Shown here: positions 27,582-36,958 of the stretch, piece by piece | How positions within the stretch are numbered: position 1 is the first letter of the stretch | Layout: every line of letters starts with the position of its first letter | NCBI GenBank assembly: GCA_965246075.1 | Contig: CBDFCQ010000001.1 | Coordinates: 1-43,620 of the forward strand | Origin: an uncultured Candidatus Saccharibacteria bacterium | GTDB taxonomy: Bacteria > Patescibacteriota > Saccharimonadia > Saccharimonadales > Saccharimonadaceae | Length of the DNA stretch: 43,620 bases | Direction of reading: 5' to 3' | Program-made: the position numbers and the translations under genes | Notes under the pieces: generated by a model | Told to the model about the DNA's origin: nothing | Databases searched by the model: none | What the model saw: only the letters and a program-made list of their open reading frames with translations

Positions 27582-28250
27582 CTAACGGTCGCAGCAAGTT
27601 TGCTGACTCTTAATAAGGTCGACTAACTCTGTAATATCTTCTGTGATTGTATAAATTTTCTCATCGCCATCAGAGATCAGCTTATTCGGAAGTATGCTTT
27701 CACAAACAAATTCATCCCACTTGTGCCAGAATTTTTTATCGAACAGAACAATTGGCACGGGAGTCATCTTTTTAGTTTGAGTTAATGTAATAATTTCACA
27801 GATTTCATCCATCGTCCCAAAGCCGCCCGGGAAACAAACGTAGGCGTCGGCCAGCAATGTCATAACAATTTTACGCGGCGCAAAGTGAGTAAAGGCGAAA
27901 GAGTCTGTTGTGTATTTGTTGAGCGACTGTTCGTGCGGCAAGCGGATATTAAAACCGATTGACTGCCCACCAGCTTCTATGGCGCCACGGTTGGCTGCCT
28001 CCATGATTCCGCCGCCGCCACCGGTGATAATTGTATAGCCGTCTTTCGCTAACTGAAAGGCTAAGTCTTTTGCTTTCTGGTAATATTCGTTATCTTCGCT
28101 TATTCTGGCTGAACCAAAAAAGGTTACTGTTTTATGATATTTTTGGAGAATTTCATAGCCGGCATGGATTTCTTCATCGACATTGCCCAGACGAAACATG
28201 GCTGCTTGGAGCTGCAGTTCGCGCGGAATACAAACATTTTTCGGAGTCAT
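27582..28250 (-). CDS. LOG family (TIGR00730) nucleotide phosphoribohydrolase
   Basis: FFGSAR, TGGGGGIMEAANRGA and FPGGFGTMDE. ATG 28250. Confidence 0.9.
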   Translation of the reverse strand: MTPKNVCIPRELQLQAAMFRLGNVDEEIHAGYEILQKYHKTVTFFGSARISEDNEYYQKAKDLAFQLAKDGYTIITGGGGGIMEAANRGAIEAGGQSIGFNIRLPHEQSLNKYTTDSFAFTHFAPRKIVMTLLADAYVCFPGGFGTMDEICEIITLTQTKKMTPVPIVLFDKKFWHKWDEFVCESILPNKLISDGDEKIYTITEDITELVDLIKSQQTCCDR

Positions 28251-28317
28251 TATTATCCTTTTTATTCTAATTTTTAACTTTATTACTATATCATAAAATG
28301 GTTGTGGCTGCAATGAA

Positions 28318-28346
28318 TTGACGGAAGGCAAGTGGTAGTATAAAAT
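28318..28346 (+). promoter_or_regulatory. Sigma70-type promoter
   Basis: TTGACG-17-TAAAAT upstream of SD GGAGG and ATG 28377. Confidence 0.6.
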
Positions 28347-28376
28347 CAAAACCACAATCTAAATGGAGGATTAAAT

Positions 28377-28976
28377 ATGGATAATAAACCAACGGCTAAT
28401 AAATGGCTGATCGCGACGGTGATTGTTATGGGGCTAGTTATTATTGGTCTGGTGGCTTGGATTATTGTGGGAGCACTGAATAAGGATAAGGGTACTGACT
28501 CTTCTGTAAAAACTAGCGAGACAAAGAAAGAGTCATCTAGGTTGTCAGATAAGGCTCGCAAGGAAGGAGTAAAGCCGTCAGATGAATCTAAGAAAAAATA
28601 TAAAGATTTTCGCACTGGGAGAGACGGTACTGGCACTAAGCTAACTTCAGTAAGTGATGTTGATAAGTTGGATATAGACGATTCTCTAAAGAAGTTCTTG
28701 AAATCTAAAGTTGGCCAGCCAATTCCAGAACGCGAAGGTTACACTTATGAGCCAGTCATTGACCGCGCATACGGAAAATATGCGGCAGTTTATGGTTTGG
28801 CAAATGCCTATACGATAATTGGACCAAAAAATGGTACTGGCGAAATTGGCATAGTCGCAGGGACACAACAGAGTTATATACCATGCTCAGACCTAAAAGC
28901 TGCGCTAGTGCCGAGCCGGCTGGTTGATGGTAAATGTGAAGTTGCTGGCACGCCTCAAACTTACGAACAAGACTAG
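28377..28976 (+). CDS. Single-TM surface-exposed hypothetical protein
   Basis: N-terminal TM, a K/S/E-rich linker and a C-terminal domain with two Cys. Confidence 0.7.
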   Translation: MDNKPTANKWLIATVIVMGLVIIGLVAWIIVGALNKDKGTDSSVKTSETKKESSRLSDKARKEGVKPSDESKKKYKDFRTGRDGTGTKLTSVSDVDKLDIDDSLKKFLKSKVGQPIPEREGYTYEPVIDRAYGKYAAVYGLANAYTIIGPKNGTGEIGIVAGTQQSYIPCSDLKAALVPSRLVDGKCEVAGTPQTYEQD

Positions 28977-29003
28977 TTTTTACAAATATAGTAGAATAGA
29001 GAG

Positions 29004-30974
29004 GTGAATAAATTTTGCCTCTCTTCTTCGTATCAGCCGACCGGCGACCAGCCGACGGCGATTGCTCAGTTGATGGATGGTTTGGAGCGGGGCGAGCGTG
29101 AGCAGACGTTGCTGGGTGTGACGGGCTCAGGTAAAACGTTTACTATGGCGAATATTATCGCTCGAGCCAATGTGCCGACGCTGGTGCTGGCACATAACAA
29201 GACCTTGGCGGCGCAGCTGTTTTCTGAGTTTAAGGAGTTTTTTCCGGACAACGAAGTGCATTATTTCGTCAGCTATTTTGATTATTATCAGCCGGAGGCT
29301 TACATTGCCAGTAGCGACACCTACATTGAGAAAGATTCGAAGATCAATGACGAAATCGATCGGCTCAGGCATGCGGCGACCTCAGCTCTGCTAACGCGGC
29401 GCGATGTGATCATTGTGGCTAGCGTCAGCTGTATTTACGGCATCGGTTCGCCGGAGACGTATGCTGATATGGCGATTCAATTGACGGTCGGCGAGCGGCG
29501 GGTGCAGGACAAGTTCATCCGCCTGCTGACCGATATTCAATATAAGCGCAACGACATTGATTTCGCGCGCGGCACTTTCAGGGTGCGCGGCGATGTGGTA
29601 GATATTTTCCCGGCTGGGCAGGACACGGCGGTGCGGGTGGAGTTTTTTGGCGATGAGATCGAGAGACTCACGCGAATTGATCCGTTGACTGGTGAGATTT
29701 TGGATCAGCCAGCTAGCCTGACTATTTTCCCGTCCAGCCACTATTCGACGCCGCGTGAACGAATTGAAAAGGCTATCATCGGTATCGAAAAAGAGTTTGA
29801 CGAGCGGCTCAAATGGCTTGAGTCGCACGACAAGTTACTCGAGGCGCAACGCCTCAGTCAACGCACCAAATATGACCTAGAAATGCTCAAGGAAACCGGT
29901 TTTGTCAAAGGCATTGAGAATTATTCGCGCTATCTGACCGACCGTGAGCCGGGCGAACAGCCGGCGACCTTGATTGATTATTTTCCGGATGATTGGTTGT
30001 TGCTGGTCGATGAGTCGCATATGACCTTGCCGCAAGTGCGCGGTATGTATAACGGCGACCGGGCGCGCAAGGAAGTGTTGGTGGAACACGGGTTTCGTTT
30101 GCCGAGTGCGCTGGATAACCGTCCGCTCAGGTTTGATGAGTTTGATCAGCACATTCATCAGGCGATTTATGTTTCGGCGACGCCGGGCGACTATGAACTG
30201 GCTCATTCGCCAAAGCCGGCCGAGCAGCTGATTCGGCCGACGGGGCTGCTTGATCCGCCAATTGAAGTACGGCCGACTAAGGGGCAGGTTGATGATTTGA
30301 TGGAGGAGATTCGCCAAACCATCGCCAAGGGTCACCGCGTATTGGTAACCACCTTGACCAAGCGTATGGCTGAGGACTTAAGCGCTTACCTGACCGACAA
30401 TGGCGTTAAAACGGCGTATCTACATAGTGAAATTGACACGCTGGAGCGCGGTGATATTCTCAAAGATCTGCGGCTGGGAACGTACGACGTGTTAGTTGGT
30501 ATCAATTTGCTGCGTGAGGGGTTGGACCTACCGGAAGTCAGTCTGGTGGCGATTATGGATGCTGATAAAGAAGGCTTCCTCCGTTCTGAGCAGGCGCTGA
30601 TTCAGACGATTGGCCGGGCGGCGCGGCACGTGGACGGGCGAGTGCTGATGTATGGCGATACCGTGACTGACAGCATGCACCGAGCAATTGATGAGACGAA
30701 TCGTCGGCGTGCGATCCAGCAGCAATATAACGAAGAACATGGCATCACGCCGCAAACCATCCAGAAGAAAATTGATGATGGCCTGCGTTCGATCATCCCG
30801 CAAAAAGAATCGGATAAAAAGCCAAAGCTTGATTTGAAGAAAATTCCAAAGGACGAATATCCAACGCTGATCAAGGAACTGACCGGTCAAATGGAGCTGC
30901 ATAGCGCCAATCTAGAGTTTGAAAAAGCCGCAGAGCTGCGTGATTTGATTGCAGAAATTCGCCAGACCATGTAG
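29004..30974 (+). CDS. uvrB: Excinuclease ABC subunit B
   Basis: [27 protein letters not shown] and a C-terminal UVR domain. Confidence 0.98.
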   Translation: MNKFCLSSSYQPTGDQPTAIAQLMDGLERGEREQTLLGVTGSGKTFTMANIIARANVPTLVLAHNKTLAAQLFSEFKEFFPDNEVHYFVSYFDYYQPEAYIASSDTYIEKDSKINDEIDRLRHAATSALLTRRDVIIVASVSCIYGIGSPETYADMAIQLTVGERRVQDKFIRLLTDIQYKRNDIDFARGTFRVRGDVVDIFPAGQDTAVRVEFFGDEIERLTRIDPLTGEILDQPASLTIFPSSHYSTPRERIEKAIIGIEKEFDERLKWLESHDKLLEAQRLSQRTKYDLEMLKETGFVKGIENYSRYLTDREPGEQPATLIDYFPDDWLLLVDESHMTLPQVRGMYNGDRARKEVLVEHGFRLPSALDNRPLRFDEFDQHIHQAIYVSATPGDYELAHSPKPAEQLIRPTGLLDPPIEVRPTKGQVDDLMEEIRQTIAKGHRVLVTTLTKRMAEDLSAYLTDNGVKTAYLHSEIDTLERGDILKDLRLGTYDVLVGINLLREGLDLPEVSLVAIMDADKEGFLRSEQALIQTIGRAARHVDGRVLMYGDTVTDSMHRAIDETNRRRAIQQQYNEEHGITPQTIQKKIDDGLRSIIPQKESDKKPKLDLKKIPKDEYPTLIKELTGQMELHSANLEFEKAAELRDLIAEIRQTM

Positions 30975-31004
30975 AATAGAATTATTATTAGATTAGGAGG
31001 TATT

Positions 31005-31838
31005 ATGGCAACAAAACAACAACCACAGCCGTCAACCGTTGCGCAACCCGAAATGCCAGCGCAGCCAGTAGGTTATCCAGCATACCCACAGCAGTACATG
31101 TATGCTAGCCCAAACAAAGGTAAGGCAAAACTTCTGACCTTAGAATACGCTTTGGCAATGGCTTCAGCAGTTATTTCAACGTTCTTATTAATTAATGTAA
31201 TTACAAGTGTAGTTGGTCTCTGGTCAGATGCAACTTCAGTTGCATCACGGACCGTCGGTGGATTCTTGGCTCCAACGATGGTGACGGCAGGAACTGGAAT
31301 TGTCGCAGCATCAGTGTTTACGGTTATCTTGGCTGTTCTAGCTTGTGTCTTGTTTTCTCGCGTATCAAAGGCAGTGCCAGATCGTGAGGGTTATACGAAC
31401 CGCACAGCTTACAAATTGGTGACTTACGGCGGATTGGCTACTTTGATTATTCCAGCTGTTGATTTGATTGCACGCTTGGTCAGCATTCTTGTTAGTTCAT
31501 TGTTATTTATCGGTGCAGCCGGTGGAGAAGTTTACAAGAGTCTGTATCTGAGTGAGTTCTTGCCTTACGCTCTGGCTCTTGCCGTAGTAGTTGTGACTAG
31601 CTACTTTATTTATCAGATTATTCAGGGTCGAAACAAATCAAAGATTATGTCTTTGGTGCTCATTGCAGTTTCTGTTGTAGTCTTGCTGACTGGCGCTATC
31701 ACTATCGCCGTTAAAGTTCATGATAAGGGTGGTTCTTCTACTGGCGGATCGACACGGCAGGGGCAGGATATCCCATCTGACTACGAGTCTCAGCTTAAAA
31801 AATATCGCGAATCTTTAAAATTAAAGCAATATAACTAA
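31005..31838 (+). CDS. Multi-pass membrane protein
   Basis: P/Q-rich N-terminus and about 5-6 hydrophobic helices. SD AGGAGG. Confidence 0.7.
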   Translation: MATKQQPQPSTVAQPEMPAQPVGYPAYPQQYMYASPNKGKAKLLTLEYALAMASAVISTFLLINVITSVVGLWSDATSVASRTVGGFLAPTMVTAGTGIVAASVFTVILAVLACVLFSRVSKAVPDREGYTNRTAYKLVTYGGLATLIIPAVDLIARLVSILVSSLLFIGAAGGEVYKSLYLSEFLPYALALAVVVVTSYFIYQIIQGRNKSKIMSLVLIAVSVVVLLTGAITIAVKVHDKGGSSTGGSTRQGQDIPSDYESQLKKYRESLKLKQYN

Positions 31839-31849
31839 GCTATAATGAT

Positions 31850-31882
31850 AAAAGTCGCTCACTTTGATGGGCGACTTTTTTT
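31850..31882 (+). terminator. Intrinsic terminator
   Basis: AAAAGTCGCTCA / TGGGCGACTTTT, ending in a run of 7 T. Confidence 0.8.
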
Positions 31883-31899
31883 AGTGGTATAATATTGAT

Positions 31900-32187
31900 A
31901 TGACAAATATTTCTACCAGTGATATTCAGCACTTGGCGAGTTTAAGTAGTCTGGCATTAGCCGATGATGAAGTTGATGGGCTGCGTCAAGATTTGGAAAA
32001 TATAATTGGCTATATTGAGCAGCTGGGCGAGCTTGATACGTCTGGCGTCGAGCCAACCTATCAAGTGACGGGACTAGAGAATGTCTGGCGTGAAGACGAG
32101 GTTCAGCTGGGGATTTCTGCAGAAAAGCTGCTTGAGCTAGCGCCTGAGAAACAGAATAATCAAGTGAAAGTGCCGCAGGTATTGTGA
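31900..32187 (+). CDS. gatC: Asp/Glu-tRNA amidotransferase subunit C
   Basis: LDTSGVEPT, WRED and VKVPQVL; lies directly before gatA. Confidence 0.92.
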   Translation: MTNISTSDIQHLASLSSLALADDEVDGLRQDLENIIGYIEQLGELDTSGVEPTYQVTGLENVWREDEVQLGISAEKLLELAPEKQNNQVKVPQVL

Positions 32188-33569
32188 TGAGCCGGATTAG
32201 TGATTTTATTGGAAAAAGCGCAGTCGAAAATGTCAAGGAAGCATTACGGCGGGCGCGCGACATTGAAGAATATCATGCACTACTCAGTTTGACGGAAGAG
32301 CGGGCGCTGGAGCGAGCTAGAGAAATTGATGATCAAATCCGAAAAGGTGAGAATCCAGGTGTTCTGGCTGGCGTGCCGTTTGTGGTAAAAGACAATTTCT
32401 TGGCCTTTGGGGCGCCGACAACTGCTGCCTCGAAGATGCTCGAGAATTTTAACGCGCCACTCCAGGCCACGGCCGTTGAGAAGTTGGAGGCTGAAGGTGC
32501 AATTTGCATCGGTAAAGCCAACTTGGACGCCTTTGCCCATGGTGGTTCGACAGAAAATTCGGCTTTTGGTCCGACCAAAAACGCTGTAGATAAAACTCGA
32601 GTAGCCGGCGGTTCATCGGGCGGCTCGGCGGTAGTGACGGCGCTTGACGTGGTGCCATTTGCGCTGGGAACAGACACTGGCGGTTCAATTCGCCAGCCTG
32701 CCAGCTTTAACGGCGTGGTCGGTGTCAAGCCAACCTACGGTGCAGTCAGTCGCTACGGTGTGGTGGCCATGGCCTCGAGCACAGATACGATTGGTTGTTT
32801 CGCGACGAATGCTGATGACGCTAATTTGGTGATGGAAATCATGGCGGGCCGCGACGACAAGGATATGACCACACTGCCAGACTTTTGGCGGAACCAGCCA
32901 GAATTTACCAAGAAGAAGATTGGTTTGGTTAAGCAGTGTATGACTGACGATGTGGATGCGGCAGTTCGCCAAAAAACGCTTGATTATGCTGAGAAATTGA
33001 AGCAGCTGGGCTATGAAATTGAAGAAGTGGACCTCAGTATGATGCAGTATTCGCTGGCCATGTATTACATCATTGTACCAGCGGAGATATCGTCAAACTT
33101 GGCGCGCTATGATGGCGTGCGCTATGGTCACCGGGCAGCCGAGGCAAAAACATTGGCGGAATTGTACGGTCGCAGCCGCAACGAAGGTTTTACGACGGAG
33201 AATAAGCGACGAATTATGATCGGTAGCTTTGTGCTGTCGAGTGGTTTCTTTGACGCTTACTATATGCAGGCGCAAAAAGCGCGCACATTGCTCATCAACG
33301 AGTTTAAGCAGTTGTTCGCTGAGTACGACGCGCTGTTGATGCCAGTTGCACCAACGCCCGCCTTCAAACTTGGTGAAAATACCAATGATCCGATCAAGAT
33401 GTACTTGGCGGATATCATGACCGTACCAGCCAGCCTGGCTGGACTGCCAGCAATTTCCGTACCAGCTGGAAATAACGACGAGGGCTTGCCAATTGGCGTG
33501 CAGTTGATTGGTGATTATCAGTCAGACGGCAACTTGCTGAAGTTGGCGGCGGAAGTGGAGGCTGCCTGA
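32187..33569 (+). CDS. gatA: Asp/Glu-tRNA amidotransferase subunit A
   Basis: Amidase signature GGSSGGS and GTDTGGSIRQPA; SNLARYDG. Confidence 0.97.
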   Translation: MSRISDFIGKSAVENVKEALRRARDIEEYHALLSLTEERALERAREIDDQIRKGENPGVLAGVPFVVKDNFLAFGAPTTAASKMLENFNAPLQATAVEKLEAEGAICIGKANLDAFAHGGSTENSAFGPTKNAVDKTRVAGGSSGGSAVVTALDVVPFALGTDTGGSIRQPASFNGVVGVKPTYGAVSRYGVVAMASSTDTIGCFATNADDANLVMEIMAGRDDKDMTTLPDFWRNQPEFTKKKIGLVKQCMTDDVDAAVRQKTLDYAEKLKQLGYEIEEVDLSMMQYSLAMYYIIVPAEISSNLARYDGVRYGHRAAEAKTLAELYGRSRNEGFTTENKRRIMIGSFVLSSGFFDAYYMQAQKARTLLINEFKQLFAEYDALLMPVAPTPAFKLGENTNDPIKMYLADIMTVPASLAGLPAISVPAGNNDEGLPIGVQLIGDYQSDGNLLKLAAEVEAA

Positions 33570-33988
33570 TGGACGGCTTGTTGATCGCGCTGGTGGTAGC
33601 GGCGCTGGTAAGTGGCGCGTTGTTGATTATTTTTATCCAATTGACGTCGCGCGGACACAAGCAGCTTGACAGAGAAATGTACCAAAAGGTCTGGCGAGCG
33701 ATCCAGCGCGGCGCCAAGGCGGGTAACTCGGACAGTTTACAGATGGCAATTGTCAAAGCCGACAAGCTACTCGACAAAGCCATGCGCGACTGCGGCGTGG
33801 CTGGCGCGACAATGGGCGACAGGCTGAAAGCTCGCAAGGGTGATTGGACGGACGAAAATGGGTTGTGGGCGGCACACAAATTGCGCAATCAAATTGCCCA
33901 CGAAACCAACGTGAAACTAACCGCGCAGAGTTTTCGACGAGCCATGACAAGCTTTGAACAAGCACTAAAAGATTTGGGAGCGTTATGA
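33569..33988 (+). CDS. Membrane-anchored protein with a HEPN-like RNxxxH motif
   Basis: N-terminal TM and a helical domain containing HKLRNQIAHE. Overlaps the gatA stop and the gatB start. Confidence 0.7.
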   Translation: MDGLLIALVVAALVSGALLIIFIQLTSRGHKQLDREMYQKVWRAIQRGAKAGNSDSLQMAIVKADKLLDKAMRDCGVAGATMGDRLKARKGDWTDENGLWAAHKLRNQIAHETNVKLTAQSFRRAMTSFEQALKDLGAL

Positions 33989-35436
33989 TGAGTGTATATG
34001 ATGAATATGAAATGACCATTGGCATCGAGTGCCATGTCCAGCTGGCGACCAAAACCAAACTGTTTAGCCCGGCTGATAATGACGCTCGCGATGCTGAGCC
34101 GAATAGTAAAACGCACGAGATTGACTTTGGCCTGCCAGGAATGCTGCCGGTGCTCAACAAGCACGCTGTCGAGCTGGCGGTGCGTGCTAGCAAAGCGTTG
34201 AATGCGCCGATTGCCCGCGTCAGTCGGTTTGATCGCAAGCATTATTTCTATCCTGACCTGCCAAAGGGCTACCAGACATCGCAGATGTATCAGCCGATTA
34301 TTTTGGCTGGCTATGTTGACGCGCCGCTAGAAGACGGTTCGCTCAAACGGGTGCGGATTCATCACGCCCACATGGAAGAGGATGCTGGCAAGTTGACGCA
34401 CCACGACGGCTACTCGCTGGTTGACCTCAACCGCGCTGGTACACCGCTGATCGAAATCGTCTCTGAGCCAGACATGCATTCTGCCGAGGAAGCCAAGGCA
34501 TACGCTTCGGAGCTGCACAAATTGATGGTCTACGCTGGCGTTACGCACGGTGATTTGTACCACGGCAACATGCGTTTTGATGTCAATATTTCGGTGGCTA
34601 AGAAAGGCGCGACCGAACTCGGCAAGCGCGCCGAAGTCAAAAACCTCAATTCATTCCGCAGCGTCGAGCGCGCCGCTGAGTACGAGTTTAAACGCCAAGT
34701 TGACTTGCTGGAGAGCGGTGAACAAGTGGTTCAGGAAACTCGCGGTTGGAGCGATGATAAACAAATTACCACTTCGCAGCGTTCAAAAGAGGACGCCCAG
34801 GATTATCGCTACATGCCTGACGCTGACATCCCGCCAGTGGTGCTGAGTGATGAGGAGATTGCGCAGATTCAGGCTGAAGTGCCGATGTTGCCGGGTGAAT
34901 ATCGTGAAAAATGGAGCGGACTAGGCTTGGATAAATCAGTGGTTAATTCGCTGCTATCGAACCAAAATTACGCCCGTATCATGTTGGAAGTCCAAGAAAA
35001 ATCAGGCGATGCAGCTGCCAAGCGAGTAGCACATTGGTTTGCGAGTGCTTTGACCGCTGGCGATAATGACAGTACGTCAGTTGACGCTAGTGTGCTGCGC
35101 GTATCAGTTGAGGATTTGGTGGAGCTGGCGGAGATGACCGAGAAAGCAGAGATTTCCAGTACCAATGCTAAGGAATTGTTTAATGAATTATTGGCGGGCG
35201 CCACGTATCCGCGCAAACTTGCCGAAGAAAAGAACCTATTGCAAGTGTCTGACGAATCGGCCATCGCTGCCATTGTTGACGAAGTACTCAGCGACCCAGC
35301 CTCGGCAGCTTCCATTGCTGACATTCGCTCGGGCAAAGACAAAGCCATTAGTTACCTCGTTGGTCAAGTCATGAAGCGTTCTAAAGGTCAGGCCAACCCA
35401 AGCTTGGCGCAAAAATTAATTCGCGAAAAATTGTAG
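33985..35436 (+). CDS. gatB: Asp/Glu-tRNA amidotransferase subunit B
   Basis: IGIECHVQL, RKHYFYPDLPKGYQ, DLNRAGTPLIEIV and EVKNLNS. Confidence 0.97.
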   Translation: MMSVYDEYEMTIGIECHVQLATKTKLFSPADNDARDAEPNSKTHEIDFGLPGMLPVLNKHAVELAVRASKALNAPIARVSRFDRKHYFYPDLPKGYQTSQMYQPIILAGYVDAPLEDGSLKRVRIHHAHMEEDAGKLTHHDGYSLVDLNRAGTPLIEIVSEPDMHSAEEAKAYASELHKLMVYAGVTHGDLYHGNMRFDVNISVAKKGATELGKRAEVKNLNSFRSVERAAEYEFKRQVDLLESGEQVVQETRGWSDDKQITTSQRSKEDAQDYRYMPDADIPPVVLSDEEIAQIQAEVPMLPGEYREKWSGLGLDKSVVNSLLSNQNYARIMLEVQEKSGDAAAKRVAHWFASALTAGDNDSTSVDASVLRVSVEDLVELAEMTEKAEISSTNAKELFNELLAGATYPRKLAEEKNLLQVSDESAIAAIVDEVLSDPASAASIADIRSGKDKAISYLVGQVMKRSKGQANPSLAQKLIREKL

Positions 35437-35477
35437 GATTCGATTCTTCAGAAATAGGACAGAATAGGAGTTAGATT

Positions 35478-36371
35478 ATGAAAAAGCCAACCAAAGCTAT
35501 CATCGCCGCTGCTGGCTTTGGTACGCGTTTCTTGCCGCAAACCAAAGCCATGCCCAAAGAAATGCTACCGCTGATTGATAAGCCAATCATCCAGTACGTC
35601 GTCGAGGAATTGGTGGAGGCTGGTATCAAGGATATTATTATCATCGGTAGCGCCAACAAGCGGGCGATCGAAGACCATTTTGACGCGCCAAATGAAGAGC
35701 TGCTCGCCAATCTGCGTGCTGGCGGTGCCAAAAAGCAGCCGCTGATTGACGTCATCAATAGTTTGTCTGAGATGGCTAACTTCGTTTATATCCGCCAGAA
35801 AGGTCCTTACGGCAATGCGACGCCGCTGGCTTGCGCTTCGCATTTAATTCGCCATGACGAACCGGTGATTTATACTTTTGCCGATGACTTTATAACGGCT
35901 AGTCCAAGTCGTTTCCGGCAGATGATTGAGGCGTCAGAAAATCTTCAGGGCGCAGTGTTGTCATGCAAGAGAATTACCGATGATTCAGAGTTTGATCGTT
36001 ATGGCATCATTAATGGTCAGCAAATTAACGATGGCGTTATAAAAATGACTAATATTGTCGAGAAGCCTGGAAAAACCAACGCGCCGTCTGACCTAGCGAG
36101 TGTCAGTAGCTATTTGCTACCTGGTGAGATTTTTGGCTATTTGGATAAATCCAAAGACCAGTTTGATGGTCATGGCGAATTCACCATCCAGCCGATTATG
36201 CAGGAGATGATTGACGATGGGTTTGATTTTTACGGCGTGGAGATTACCAACGGTACGTACTACGACACCGGTGATAAATTAGAGTACCTGAAGACAGTGA
36301 TTGATTTTGGTCTGCGCGATCCTAACTTTGGCGACAAGCTACGCGCCCATCTGACCAATCGCTTAAAATAA
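35478..36371 (+). CDS. galU: UTP--glucose-1-phosphate uridylyltransferase
   Basis: AAGFGTRFLPQTKAMPKEMLP, VEKP and YDTG. Confidence 0.9.
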   Translation: MKKPTKAIIAAAGFGTRFLPQTKAMPKEMLPLIDKPIIQYVVEELVEAGIKDIIIIGSANKRAIEDHFDAPNEELLANLRAGGAKKQPLIDVINSLSEMANFVYIRQKGPYGNATPLACASHLIRHDEPVIYTFADDFITASPSRFRQMIEASENLQGAVLSCKRITDDSEFDRYGIINGQQINDGVIKMTNIVEKPGKTNAPSDLASVSSYLLPGEIFGYLDKSKDQFDGHGEFTIQPIMQEMIDDGFDFYGVEITNGTYYDTGDKLEYLKTVIDFGLRDPNFGDKLRAHLTNRLK

Positions 36372-36386
36372 TGTATAATAAAAAGC

Positions 36387-36674
36387 ATGAACGGACTACT
36401 TGTAGTATTGGTAATTCTCATGGTGATATTTATTATCATGTTGGTTGCTATGGTGATTTCTATTATTAAATTAACGCACCAGATTCGCCAAACTCAGCAA
36501 GCAGTAGAGACAATTACCAGGAGAGTTTCTGATTTTAGTGGAATTGTCAGTGCTGTTTCGATTGGTGCTGGGCTGGCTAAAAGATTAACCTCAAAGGGTG
36601 GATTTTTAGCGAAGTATTTTACTAAGAAAAGGACAAATAATGGCAGAAAAAACAGCCAAAAAACAACCAGATAA
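36387..36674 (+). CDS. Small membrane protein
   Basis: N-terminal TM, a coiled coil and a basic tail. TATAAT lies 7 nt upstream. Confidence 0.6.
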   Translation: MNGLLVVLVILMVIFIIMLVAMVISIIKLTHQIRQTQQAVETITRRVSDFSGIVSAVSIGAGLAKRLTSKGGFLAKYFTKKRTNNGRKNSQKTTR

Positions 36675-36939
36675 ATTATCACGAAAAGTCATCCGTGATA
36701 ATGAAAACGGTGCTAGACAGGCGATTTTAGAGGATTTATTTTTTGATTTTCATCGTTCGCGGCGCCAAGTTTATTGGATGAATTTTATTCGTGGAATTTT
36801 CTTTGGCGTCGGTAGTGCACTGGGTGCGACATTATTAATCACATTGTTAATCTGGTTGTTGGGCCAATTTGCGGATATTTTTCCGCCGCTGGCTGATTTT
36901 ATCAATCATCTGATTGAGACGATGCAGCACCGTCAATAA
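36640..36939 (+). CDS. Small membrane protein (DUF5665-like)
   Basis: NFIRGIFFGVGSALGAT motif followed by a TM helix. Confidence 0.65.
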   Translation: MAEKTAKKQPDKLSRKVIRDNENGARQAILEDLFFDFHRSRRQVYWMNFIRGIFFGVGSALGATLLITLLIWLLGQFADIFPPLADFINHLIETMQHRQ

Positions 36940-36958
36940 CATGCTATAATTATTAGTA

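Noticed and set aside
10334..28355. Longest-ORF starts in the track (10334, 12873, 16563, 17212, 20383, 21833, 28355)
   Set aside because: The extensions overlap neighbouring genes or promoters. Downstream ATGs fit the family N-termini and the SD or -10 positions better.
28299..28359. TTGTGG/CCACAA inverted repeat flanking a promoter (invertible switch?)
   Set aside because: Only about 6-8 bp match and there is no recombinase nearby, so it is compatible with chance.
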